DNA of 64,000 nucleotides, taken from assembly GCF_009914755.1 (NCBI RefSeq), contig NC_060926.1; one strand, 5' to 3'. This DNA comes from the human T2T-CHM13v2.0 reference genome, Homo sapiens. Below, in pieces: positions 41,050 to 58,340 of the stretch (position 1 is its first letter; every line of letters starts with the position of its first letter). A program made the position numbers and the translations under genes. A model generated the notes under the pieces. That model saw only the letters and a list, made by a program, of their open reading frames with translations. It searched no databases and was not told where the DNA came from.

Positions 41050-43240
41050 TTCGGGTAACTCGCAGTGGAGGGTAAGTCTGTCCCCTTCTTAATCAATACC
41101 GAGGCTACTCACTCCACATTACCTTCTTTTCAAGGGCCTGTTTCCCTTACCTCCATAACTGTTGTGCGTATTGACAGCCAGGCTTCTAAACCTCTTAAAA
41201 CTCCCCAACTCTGGTGTCAACTTAGACAATACTCTTTTAAGCACTCCTTTTAGTTATCCCCACCTGCCCAGTTTCCTTATTAGGCCGAGACACTTTAACT
41301 AAATTATCAGCTTCCCTGACTATTCCTGGATTACAGCTACATCTCATTGCCGCCCTTCTTCCCAATCCAAAGCCTCCTTTGCGTCCTCCTCTTGTATTCC
41401 CCTACCTCAACCCACAAGTGTAAGATACCTCTACTCCCTCTTTGGCGACCGATCAAGCACCCCTTACCATCTCATTAAAACCTAATCACCCTTACCCTGA
41501 TCAATGCCAATATCCCATCCCACAACATGCTTTGAAAGGCTTTAATCCTTTCAAAGCATGTTATCACTCGCCTGCTACAGCATGACCTTTTAAGGCCTAT
41601 AAACTCTCCTTACAATTCCCCCGTTTTACCTGTCCTAAAACCAGACAAGCCTTACAAGTTAGTTCAGGATCTATGCCTTATCAACCAAATTGTTTTGCCT
41701 ATCCACCGCATGGTGGCAAACCCATATACTCTCCTATCCTCAATACCTCCCTCCAAATCCATTATTCTGTTCTGGATCTCAAACATGCTTTCCTTACTAT
41801 TCCTTTGCACCCGTCATCCCAGCCTCTCTTCGCTTTCACTTGGACTGACCCTGACACCCATTAGGCTCAGCAAATTACCTGGGCTGTACTGCCGCAAGGC
41901 TTCACAGACAGCCCCCATTACTTCAGTCAAGCCCAAATTTCATCCTCATCTGTTACCTATCTTGGCATAATTCTCATAAAAACACACGTGCTCTCCCTGC
42001 TGATCATGTCCGATTAATCTCCAAAACCTCAATCCCTTACAAAACAACTCCTTTCCTTCCTAGGCATGGTTAGTGCAGTCAGAATTCTTACACAAGAGCC
42101 AGGACCGCACCCTGTAGCCTTTCTGTCCAAACAACTTGACCTTACTGTTTTAGCCTAGCCATCATGTCTCTGTGCAGCGGCTGCTGCCGCCCTAATACTT
42201 TTAGAGGCCCTCAAAATCAAAAACTATGCTCAACTTACTCTCTACATTTCTCACAACTTCCAAAATCTATTTTCTTCCTCATACCTGACGCATATACTTT
42301 CTGCTCCCCAGCTCCTTCAGCTGAACTCACTCTTTAAGTCCCACAACTACCATTGTTTCTGGCCCGGACTTCAATCTGGCCTCCCACATTATTCCTGATA
42401 CCACACCTGACCCCCATGACTGTATCTCTCTGATCCACCTGATATTCACCCCATTTCCCCATATTTCCTTCTTTCCTGTCCCTCACCCTGATCACGCTTG
42501 ATTTATTGATGGCAGTTCCACCAGGCCTAATCGCCACACACCAGAAAAGGCAGGCTATGCTATAGTACCAGCCACTAGCCCGCCTCTTAGAACCTCTCAT
42601 TTCCTTTGCATCATGGAAATCTATCCTCAAGGAAATAACTTCTCAGTGTTCCATCTGCTATTCTACTACTCCTCAGGGATTATTCAGGCCCCCTCCCTTC
42701 CCTACACATCAAGCTCGAGGATTTGCCCCCACCCAGGACGGGCAAATTAGCTTTACTCAACATGTCCCGAGTCAGGAAACTAAAATACCTCTTAGTCTAG
42801 GTAGACACTTTCACTGGATAGGTAGAGTCCTTTCCTACAGGGTCTGAGAAGGCCACCACAGTCATTTCTTCCCTTCTGTCAGACATAATTCCTCAGTTTA
42901 GCCTTCCCACCTCTATACAGTCTGATAACAGACCAGCCTTTATTAATCAAATCAGCCAAGCAGTTTTTCAGGCTCTCAGTATTCAGTGAAACCTTTATAT
43001 CCCTTACGGTCCTCTGTCTTCAGAAAAAGTAGAATGGACTAAAGGTCTTTTAAAAACACACCTCACCAAGCTCAGCCACCAACTTAAAAAGGACTGGACA
43101 ATACTTTTACGACTTTCCCTTCTCAGAAGTCAGACCTGTCTTCAGAATGCTACAAGGTACAGCCCATTTGAGCTCCTGTGTAGACGCTCCTTTTTATTAG
43201 GCCCCAGTCTCATTCCAGACACCAGACCAACTTAGACCGT
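41050..43240 (+). pseudogene. pol: HERV-H pro-pol remnant (protease, RT, RNase H, integrase fragments)
   Basis: VEGKSVPFLINTEATHSTLP (protease motif lacking the catalytic Asp), [10 protein letters not shown] and [10 protein letters not shown] (RT), and IN-like sequence at 42780-43200. Many stops and frameshifts. Confidence 0.85.
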
Positions 43241-43824
43241 GCCCCAAAAAAAACTTGTCATCCCTACTATCTTCTGTCTAGTCATACTCCTATTCACCGT
43301 TCTCAACTACTCATACATGCCCTGCTCTTGTTTACACTGCCGGTTTACACTGTTTCTCCAAGCCATCACAGCTGATATCTCCTCGTGCTATCCCCAAACT
43401 GCCACTCTAAACTCTTGAAGTAAATAAATAATCTTTGCTGGCAGGACTATGCTGAATGTCCTTAGGCACTCTCTAATCAGATGTCCTGAGTCGTCCCAGT
43501 TGTTAGACCTTTTATACCTGTTTTTCTCCTTCTCTTATTCCATTTAGTTTTTCAATTCATACAAAACTGTATCCAGGCCATCACCAATAATTCTAAATTA
43601 CAAATGTTCCTTCTAACAACCCCACAATATCACCCCTTACCACAAAATCTTCCTTCAGCTTAATCTCTCCCACTCTAGGTTCCCACGCCGCCCCTAATCC
43701 CGCTCGAAGCAGCCCTGAGAAACATCGCCCGTTATCTCTCCATACCATCCCCCAAAATTTTTGCTGTCCCAACACTTTACCACTATTTCATTTTATTTTT
43801 CTTATTAATATAAGAAGACAGGAA

Positions 43825-44218
43825 TGTCAGGCCTCTGAGCCCAAACTAAGCCATCATATCCCCTGTGACCTGCACATACACATCCAGATCGCCGGTTCCT
43901 GCCTTAACTGATGACATTCCACCACAAAAGAAGCGAAAATGGCCTGTTCTTGCCTTAACTGATGACATTGTCTTGTGAAATTCCTTTTCCTGGCTCAAAA
44001 GCTCCCCCACTGAGTACCTAGTGACCCCCACTCCTGCCCGCCAGAGAACAACCCCCCTTTTTCCTTTACCTACCCAAATCCTATAAAACGGCCCCACCCC
44101 TCTCTCCCTTCGCTGACTCTCTTTTTGGACTCAGCCCGCCTGCACCCAGGTGAAATAAACAGCCATGTTGCTCACACAAAGCCTGTTTGGTGGTCTCTTC
44201 ACACGGACACGCATGAAA
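43825..44218 (+). promoter_or_regulatory. HERV-H 3' LTR (LTR7)
   Basis: Preceded by PPT AAGAAGACAGGAA (43812-43824). Direct repeat of 38997-39395. Confidence 0.93.
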
Positions 44219-44921
44219 CAGAGTAAATGTGAAAAAGTTAGTAAATAATGCAGGAGAGTGATGTGAACTGAATTCAAAATTTCTGAAAACAAATATGAGG
44301 AATTAACAAGAGAAAAAGCAGGCAAATTAGAATAGAAAAACAAGACCACAAAATAAAAAAAGGAAGCACAAACCACGTATCGAAGAAGTAAGGTGGCTAG
44401 AGGAATTTGTATATTGTTCATCATCTGGGATGTCGTGGCCCAGGAATGGCCATGACTGGCTCCTGGATGGAGGTATTGAGAAGGCTCAGGCTCGCAAAAA
44501 GTAAGTGCTCTGGTGCAGCCACAGCTGACTCAGCCTTATTTAAGGTATAAAATATCATTGCTCAGTTAGAGTCATGGCAGGCTTTGCCTGATTTTGGAGA
44601 TTTAGGGGTATTTGAATAAACATAATTCACAATCTTATCCAAAACCTAATCAGCACACTCCAAACAATTCATGCCTGAAATGCTCAGTTAGAGATCCCTT
44701 GAGATGTTCTCTATTTCTGGTTCCCAATTAAGCTGAAACAGGGACAGCTATTTGCATAGTATTTTGGCATATTCACTCAACCCAGGTAGAGCAGAGATTA
44801 GTGAAAATGGAAACTAATAGAAGAATAAAACTGCACTATCCTCTGGAAAATAGTTGGTATTTGTTTTTGCAGTATTGGTAAATGTTTGTGAGGTTCTGAC
44901 TTTTCTAAATGGGTGGTGTGA

Positions 44922-45224
<303 letters not shown>

Positions 45225-46513
45225 TTTCTTTCATTTTTATGCTGAAACAGCTCACATCCTAGAAAACCCTTCTACATACAACAGATGAATCCATAGGATT
45301 TAATTCTGACATTTCTTGTCATCGCATTCTGAAATCTTAAGTCATTCCTTGTTAAAAAGATGAACTCAACATAACATATCTTTTTAGGTTCCCTGGAAGT
45401 TCTCATAAAGAACTATATTATTGCCTACTTCAATTTACAAAATGAATTTCATGTTAGCTAGGTTTTTCCTAATATATTTTCACATCTATAACTAAATATA
45501 TATTTTCATAGATTCACATATCATGACAGAATTTATGATTTCAGTTATTGTGCCCCTAAAATTTGTGATGCTTGAAAAACATTTCTGATAAGCAAAATTC
45601 ATACTAGTGTTGACATATATAGAATATATGAATTTCAGCTTGCAAAAACCTAGTGGTTAAAATTTATAATCTATACAGTTCTTAACAGTTTTTATACCTG
45701 TACTTTCCTAACCTTCATTACACTTAATTTCAATTTATTTTACATATGGACATTTTTAATTTGACTTAAATTATATATATTTTTATGTATAGTGACATCT
45801 ATAATGTGATCTAGCCTTTGCATTACTCATTTTCTACTCTTTAAAATATATATATAAAATATTTTCTGATGTCATTACAGTATTACATATAACTTGTTTC
45901 TGAAACATTTTAACATTATCTCTATAATCCTTATGGCATATTGCTGAGTTACTTCAGTGCAATCAAATTATGTAAGAATTTAGTTTTTAATGTACTTTCC
46001 ATATACAATATATTTATTTTAGAATTCTTAAAGAATTCTTAAAGAATTCTAAAATACATAGATATTTTGCATTAGTAACATATATATTAAGTGCAATAAA
46101 TAATTATACATTACATATAATTATAGATAATTGCACTTTGAAAAATGGTGACACACACTAGCAATTACGACTTCGAAGGTTTTTTTCACTTATTCATTGT
46201 TATTCACACTAAGTAATCATCATCATCAGGGATAACTGGCTATTTTTTTCTCCTTCATTACTAGAAAGAAGTTTCTTACTTATGATCAAACTATGTCTAA
46301 AATTTTATTGACAAATTGGCTATTAGAAACTTTAAATTTCTTAAGTAACAAAATAAAACAAAGTTGTAAATACTGATTGGACTCCACTGAGGATACTTTC
46401 TCAGTACCATCCCTTCTCTGAGAATATTCCCTTACCATAGAAGTGACCATGATGTTTCAATGTGACCATTGCTCTATGACAACAGTTGATGGAACAAAAG
46501 TAAAGATGTCTGC

Positions 46514-46555
46514 TTAGAATGGTTAATTATGTCATTAGAATGGTTAATTATGTCA
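46514..46555. repeat. Perfect 21-bp tandem duplication
   Basis: TTAGAATGGTTAATTATGTCA x2. Confidence 0.9.
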
Positions 46556-46647
46556 ACTACCTGTAACTTACCATGTGGTCTTGGTCAAGTTTCTGAACCT
46601 TCATCCATAGTCTCCATGTCTCTAATTTAGGGATCTAACCATTTCAC

Positions 46648-47250
46648 ATGTATCAATGTGATTTCAGTTAACAGTCACCCAAAACTCTGACTCAATTTTT
46701 TAAAACAGAAATGCAGATGTATTCACTATTCATCAATATAACACAAAATTCCAAGAGTGTACAAGTACTGGAATATTTAAATTAGTTACTAAATTACATG
46801 GCGAAGGACCCTAGTACTTTTCATCTTTCTGTAAGGCATTTCAGAATGATTACTTAGCAACCTCCTGGTTGAAAGATGACTTCTGCCGTTCTGGTTTTAT
46901 CCCTTTCTGAAGTATAGCTTCACTTACAAATAAAACTATATCTGATGGAAGAAAGAGGACTTATTTCTTCCTGTGCATTCTTTTTCTTCTTTTTCCTTAG
47001 AGCAAAAAGTAAGCTTTTCCGGAAGTACTTCAACAGGCCTCTCCCATATCTTGTTGACAAGAAATGAGTAACATGCTTGCCCCAAATCACTTATTGATAA
47101 GGCAAATGATAAAGTATGATTGGTTTAGATTTATCTTGTTTTTTGAACTTGAGTCACATGGAGGTGTGGAGTGTACCCCAACTCAAAGTTTTACATACAA
47201 GAAAGAACAAAGGAATGCCTTTTAGGCAACGAACAGTGTTTTTCATATCA
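46648..47250 (-). mobile_element. Old MLT1-type MaLR LTR (degenerate)
   Basis: Reversed MLT1K/L-like layout (AAAACTCTGACTCA...GGTTGAAAGATGACTTCTGC...ATGATTGGTTTAGA). Confidence 0.45.
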
Positions 47251-47352
47251 CTTGGCATTTATGGGCAGCAAACTAGATAAAGTATGTGACAAATCTTCTT
47301 AAATTTTAAGGATATGAACAGGTATGAATATTTGGTGTTTCATAACAACTCA

Positions 47353-47715
<363 letters not shown>

Positions 47716-49396
47716 TTAAATATTCTTAAATTAATTCACACTAATTTGTGAATGACTATTAGCCTTCTTATGTCTTAAAAGTTATTCGTATTTAAAAAAA
47801 GGAGATGTTTATAAGCCAATAATTCAGTAACAAATAGATTTTCCCGTATAAAACAAAGTAACCTAAAAAATCTTTGAACTGTGGAAGAAATTACCAAGGA
47901 TTCTGGTGAAAACACATTTTTCAGTTGCCTCTGGAACCTACCTTCAAAGTCAGAAACCTAAATTGTTCCTTCTTACCAGCTTCTTCCCTTCTCCTGGTTC
48001 TGAACTCAAAGATCCTGCATAGTGCCAATGTTAACGTGCAACTTTCATGCATATGATAGAGGAATCACCAGTTATCCATGGAATTCCCCTAATGGATCAT
48101 TTCAAAATTGCATTTGGATTTGATGGCTCAGTTTATCATATTTGACACAGTTTGAAAAGATGGGAAAATGTTACCTTGCAGAGCTTCAAGATTGGGAGGG
48201 GAAATTCAGAGCTACTTGTGTTATTTTTAATACCACCTGGAGGAGGCTCTACATCTGAAGACTTGATTGTTCAGCCTAGGGAGAAAATCGGTTCAATTAT
48301 TTACCTTTGTACAATTTTAAGTTTGGGTCCAAAAGATATGCGGGTCACAGTATTGTTACCAGTATGCTTTAGGTCAGAACTCGATTTTGCTGATCACTAA
48401 CTGAGCTGAAATTCCCCTATTGCATTTGCTTATATGGCCTAATATATTGTCTGTGGCTCTGGCACAGTGGTTTTCACATAATAAATACTTGTAGATTTGA
48501 ATGGAAAGGAACTGAAATGAAAATACTCATTTTTTATGAGCCTTCTAAAATTGAATTGGTAACAAGATTCCATTCCTTAGGTATTACTAAAGCTCAGTTT
48601 GTTGTCATTTTAGGATCCAAATTTCTGAGTCCATCGTGTACTTATAACAAACTTCTGAAATTTGTCTTCCTGAAACCTGATTAATTATAGAAGGATTAAA
48701 TACTTTTGCTCTTTCTACCTAGTGTGGAACACAATTCAAATTTCTACTCCCAACTATAAAATGCTTTTTCTGTTATCCCAAGGTTGTTTCTGAAATATGG
48801 ACTCTTTTATTGTATATTAAGTATTGGTTAATGAATATATATACATATACATAAATGTATGTATGTATCATGATGAATATATATACATACATACACATAA
48901 GTATATGTGTATATATATTCATTATGATATGATAATACTTATCTTTATGAAAGAAAGATATTACTCCCAGTGAAATCATTTAGAGCACCTATGAGCAGGA
49001 GGGAGCAATATGAGATGGATCATAACACAAGGCCTGTATGTATGTTTTCATTACTTTTTTCCAGGTAATAATTAAGTCTATGTGACCACTAGGGAGAAGC
49101 AACCCCTTCTGCTTGGCCAGCAAAGTTCATGAGGCAGATGACTTTATTGAATAGATCAACAGTCTCCCATTTGAACAGTTATGTTTTAACTATCTACCAT
49201 GTCCAGATTGAGTGTAACTTGGAGGGGAATTGGCACTTGTCGTCGATTTTTTGGTTAGGATATTTTTGCTTCAAAATTGAACATTTTAGCTGAAATAAAC
49301 ATATATCATTTGTGAAAATTGGAAAGGTATCGGGAAAAGGTCTATTCAAAAAAGAAAATTTTAAATAAAAATTAATGAGTTTGAAAAAATCTTTAA

Positions 49397-49754
<358 letters not shown>

Positions 49755-51200
49755 TATTTTTATTGCATTTAAATTAGGGGTAAGCAGAAACAGCCTCAGT
49801 AACTTGCTGGTTCCACTTCTTAGATCTTTTTATCCAACATATTTTCATATTTTAGGTCTAAACAGTGCCATTTTCATGCAAAATAAGCAAATAAATAAAT
49901 AAATAAAAGAAACATAATTAAATTTGGGGGAAGCACTGGACTCTATTACCTAGCTTGCTTTGAGGTGAATTTTGGTTTTGAATTATTAATTTTAGTCCCT
50001 TTGTCTGCTGACCTAGGATAGACAGATAATGGGGGAGAGTTGGATCACTTTTAAGAGAAGATTTTCTTTTTTCGTTAAAATTGCTACTGGAGCTGTGAAT
50101 GGGAAAAGAGGGCAACTGCAAATGGGCATGAAAGATCTTTTTGGGCAATGAAAACATTTTAAAACTGGATTGTGGGGTGGAGCCAAGGTGGCCGAATAGG
50201 AACAGCTCCAATCTACAGCTCCTAGCATGAGCGACGCAGAAGACAGGTGATTTCTGCATTTCCAACTGAGGTACTGGGTTCATCTCACTGGGGCTTGTCA
50301 GACAGTGGGTGCAGGACCGTGGGTGCAGCGCACCGAGTGTGAGCTGAACTAGGATGAGGCATCGCCTCACCCGGGAAGTGCAAGGGGTCAGGGAATTCCC
50401 TTTCCTAGCCAAGGAAAGGGGTGACAGATGGCACCTGGAAAATCGGATCACTCCTACCCTAATACGGCACTTTTCCAATGGTCTTAGCAAATGGCACACC
50501 AGGAGATTACATCCCACGCCTGGCTCGGAGAGTCCTACGCCCACGGAGCCTCATTCATTGTGAGCACAGCAGTCTGAGATCAAACTGCAAGGTGGCAGTG
50601 AGGCTAGGGGAGGGGCGCCCGCCATTGCCAAGGCTTGAGTAGGTAAACAAAGCGGCTGGGAAGCTCGAACTGGGTGGAGCCCACCACAGCTCAAGGAGGC
50701 CTGCCTGCCTCAGTAGACTCCACCTCTGGCGGCAGGGCACAGACAAACAAAAGGCAGCAGAAACCTCTGCAGACTTAAATGTCCCTGTCTGACAGCTTTG
50801 AAGAGAGTAGTGGTTCTCCCAGCACGCAGCTTGAGATCTGAGAACAAACAGACTGCCTCCTCAAGTGCGTCCCTGACCCCTGAGTAGCCTAACTGGGAGG
50901 CACCCCCCAGTAGGGGCAGACTGACACCTCACATGGCCGGGTACTCCTCTGAGACAAAACTTCCAGAGGAACGATCAGGCAGCAACATTTGCTATTCACC
51001 AATATCCACTGTTCTGCAGCCTCCGCTGCTGATACCCAGGCAAACAGGGTCTGGAGTGGACGTCCAGCAAATTCCAACAGACCTGCAGCTGAGGGTCCTG
51101 ACTGTTAGAAGGAAACCTGACAAACAGAAAGGACATCCACACCAAAACCACATCTGTATATCACCATCATCAAAGACCAAAGGTAGATAAAACCACAAAG

Positions 51201-52215
51201 ATTGGGAAAAAACAGAGCAGAAAAACTGAAAATTCTAAAAATCAGAGTGCTTCTCCTCCTCCAAAAGAACGCAGCTCCTCACCAGCAATGGAACAAAGCT
51301 GGATGGAGAATGACTTTGATGAGTTGAGAGAAGGCTTCAGATGATCAAACTACTCCCAGCTAAAGGAGGAAGTTTGAACCCATGGCAAAGAAGCTAAAAA
51401 CCTTGAAAAAAGATTAGATGAATGGCTAACTAGAATAACCAATGCAGAGAAGTCCTGAAAGGACCTGTTGGAGCTGAAAACCATGGCACGAGAACTATGT
51501 GAAGAATGCACAAGCCTCAGTAGCTGATTCGATCAGCTGGAAGAAAGGGTATCAGTGATGGAAGATCAAATGAATGAAATGAAGTGAGAAGAGAAGTTTA
51601 GAGAAAAAAGAATAAAAAGAAATGAACAAAGCCTCCAAGAAATATGGGACTATGTGAAAAGACCAAATCTACGTCTGATTGGTGTACCTGAAAGTGATGG
51701 GGAGAATGGAACCAAGTTGGAAAACACTCTGCAGGATATTATCCAGGAGAACTTCCCCAATCTAGAAAGGCAGGCCAACATTCAAATTCAGGGAATACAG
51801 AGAAAATCACAAAAATACTCTTTGAGAAGAGCAACTCCAAGACACATAATTGTCAGATTCACCAAAGTTGAAATGAAGGAAAAAAATGATAAGGGCAGCC
51901 AGAGAGAAAGGTCGGGTTACCCATAAAGGGAAGACCATCAGACTAACAGCTGATCTCTCCGCAGAAACTCTACGAGCCAGAAGAGAGTGGGGGCCAATAT
52001 TCAGCATTCTTAAAGAAAAGAATTTTCAACCCAGAATTTCATATCCAGCCAAACTAAGCTTCATAAGTGAAGGAGAAATAAAATCCTTTACAGACAAGCA
52101 AACGCTGAGAGATTTTGTCACCACCAGGCCTGTCCTAAAAGAGCCCCTGAAGGAAGCACTAAACATGGAAAGGAACGACCAGTACCAGCCACTGCAAAAA
52201 CATGCCAAATTGTAA
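51201..52215 (+). pseudogene. L1 ORF1p, disrupted
   Basis: Start codon mutated to ATT, in-frame stops and a frameshift near 51885. Peptides KRPNLRLIGVPESDGENGTKLENTLQDIIQENFPNL and YPAKLSFISEGEIKSF are recognisable. Confidence 0.92.
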
Positions 52216-52278
52216 AGACCATCAAGGCTAGGAAGAAACTGCATCAACTAACAGGCAAAATAACCAGCTAACATCATA

Positions 52279-55888
<3,610 letters not shown>

Positions 55889-57894
55889 ACAATGAGAACA
55901 CATGGACACAGGAAGGATAACATCACACACCAGGGCCTGTTGTGGGGTGAGCGGATTGGGGAGGGATAGCATTAGGAGATATACCTAATGTTAAATGACG
56001 AGTTAATGGGTACAGCACACCAACATGGCACATGTATACATATGTAACAAACCTGCACGTTGTGCACATGTACCCTAAAACTTAAAGTATAATAAAAATA
56101 AATAAATAAATAAATAAATAAAAATAAAACTGGATCATGGTAATGGCTGCACAATTCTGTAAACTTACTAAAAATTATTGAATTGTACACTTAAAGGGGG
56201 TGAATTTTATGGTATGTAAATTACACTTTATTAAAGCTATTACACACACACATACTGAAATAAAATAATAAATGGCCCCCACACAAAGCCAAAAAAAATG
56301 CTTTTCTGGCACTTATATGGATTAAATATCTGTGAATGAGTGAGATTCATAGCATACTTTGTTAAGTATTTTCTGTATTTCTTTAGTAAGACATAATTAA
56401 AACTAAACAGGAGAACAAAACCTATTTTAATAAATATTCAATATTAAGTGGTCACTGTTTCAGTTATATTTACAGGCATCTTTTTTCCACCTGGTTTGCG
56501 GTCTTCCTTCTACAAGATACCATGAAGGACCAAAGAAAAGCAAACATTTGATCTTCAAAATGAACTTTCATCAAAGGAAAAGGTAGCCTCACATTTATTT
56601 AAAATTTTAATTTTCTATGTAATGGGAAAAATCATTTCTTTCATCAACGAGGAGAAAGGGTAAAATCCAAAATGAACGGAACATCAACAACAACAAAAAC
56701 CCAAAAACTTTGTTTCCTAACAGTTTAAATCAGATTTAGGGGCCAATATTTCATCTTTTATCTTTCTTCCTATAGTTACAAATATGTACATATAAATACT
56801 ACTTGGTTAAACTTTAAAAATACACTTAGTAAACTTTAGAGCCAGGGTTCAAACCCAGATTTGTATCTGGAGCCCACATGTGCCTCACTGCACTGTGATC
56901 ACTGATACACACACAGGTATATGTATGGAACAAAGAAGGAGTCTTCAAGATGAAATTCCTGGGATTGTTTTTCCTGACCAAAATCTATTAAGGTTTATAC
57001 AATTTATTCATTGCATCTGTAAGAAGATGGCTCTAAAGAAGAAATTAATGGTGGCAATGTGTGAAGAAGGGAACAGAGAACAGTGGCATGGGTATGAAAT
57101 ACAATTTTCCATGTAACAATCCTGTTTATTTCATGAGCCAGAGACAGTACACACTCAGGTGTTGTGGTCAGGGTGGGAATATAAGGTTGCCGTACTGGGG
57201 ATAATGGTAAATGAACTCAACTCCAAGGTGGGAAACCTTTATCAGATTGTAACTATTCTCACTCTTTCAAAAAGTCAGGGATTATACACATTTTTCCTTC
57301 CAGACACAGAGAAAAGAAGATCAGAAATGGCTTAAATACAGATATTTAATTTTCAAGATAAGTCATTTGAAGTAAGCAAATTGAAGTCACATATATCTTT
57401 CTATGTCTTGGAATTACATGGATCTATGTATTAGCTAGTAATAGCAGAGCTAGTTAGAGAGAGAGAAATATGGCTGATTAATATTAAAGCAAAAATGAGG
57501 GCCTTTAGTCATGTCCAGAAGGATAATAAATGAATAAACCTTTTTTGCAATTAACATTTAAGCCGTAAAATAAGAAAATAGCCATTGTAACACAGAGATC
57601 ATTAATATGTGAATGGCATGGGTCATGGAAATCAGTTAATGTGAAAAGCAAACAAACAAACGAACAAAACAGAATGAACAATTTGAAAGAGATCTCAAAC
57701 CAGGGAAAACAGAAACATTTATTTTAGCTACAGATGGCTCACTGAATCCCCTAGTGAGGAATTTAGTAATTAATACCTGAATTGTTATCATTTTACTTAA
57801 GTTGCCTAAGTAATAAAGCTTATAGTGTCTCCATACTATAAATTCTAAACCTGTGATTCCATATCTCATTTTGTGGCCTTATGAAATTCTGGCA

Positions 57895-58027
57895 GCATGG
57901 TATATAGTAAGAAAAGGACAGACTTGGGGGTAAGGAAGACAAGTGCTCTCTTCTGAGCTCTGCCTCTCACTAGACATGCACCTGAGTGGTTTACTTATTT
58001 GTTCCTCATCTAAAAATAAAGATAATA
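57895..58027 (+). mobile_element. MIR fragment
   Basis: GGCAGCATGGTATATAGTAAGAAAAGGACAGACTTGG...CTCTGCCTCTCACTAG...TTCCTCATCTAAAAAT. Confidence 0.65.
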
Positions 58028-58340
58028 GGCCAGACATGGTGGCTCACACCTGTAATCCCAGCATTTTGGAAAGCCGAGTCTGAAGGATTGCTGGAGGCCG
58101 GGAATTTGAGACCAGCCCTAGCAACATAGCAAGATCCCATCTTTACAAAAAATAAAAAATCAGCCAGGCATAGTGGTGCATGCCTGTAGTCCTAGCTGCA
58201 CAGGAGGCTGAGGCAGGAAGATCACTTGAGCCCAGGAGGTCACAGCTATAATCAACCACGATTGTGCCACTGCACTCCAGTCAGAGTGACAGAAAGAGAC
58301 TTTTTCTCTAAAAATAAGATAAATATTAATAAAATAAAAT
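58028..58340 (+). mobile_element. AluJ element
   Basis: Divergent dimer with GAAGATCACTTGAGCCCAGGAGG. Degenerate TSD AAAATAAAGATAAT / AAAATGCAGATAAT. Confidence 0.88.

Larger units (their letters stand above)
38997..44218 (+). mobile_element. HERV-H provirus (common internally deleted type, 5.2 kb)
   Basis: Two LTR7 copies, a tRNA-His PBS, gag zinc knuckles, pro/RT/IN remnants and a PPT. Perfect 5-bp TSD CAGAG at 38992-38996 and 44219-44223. Confidence 0.97.
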
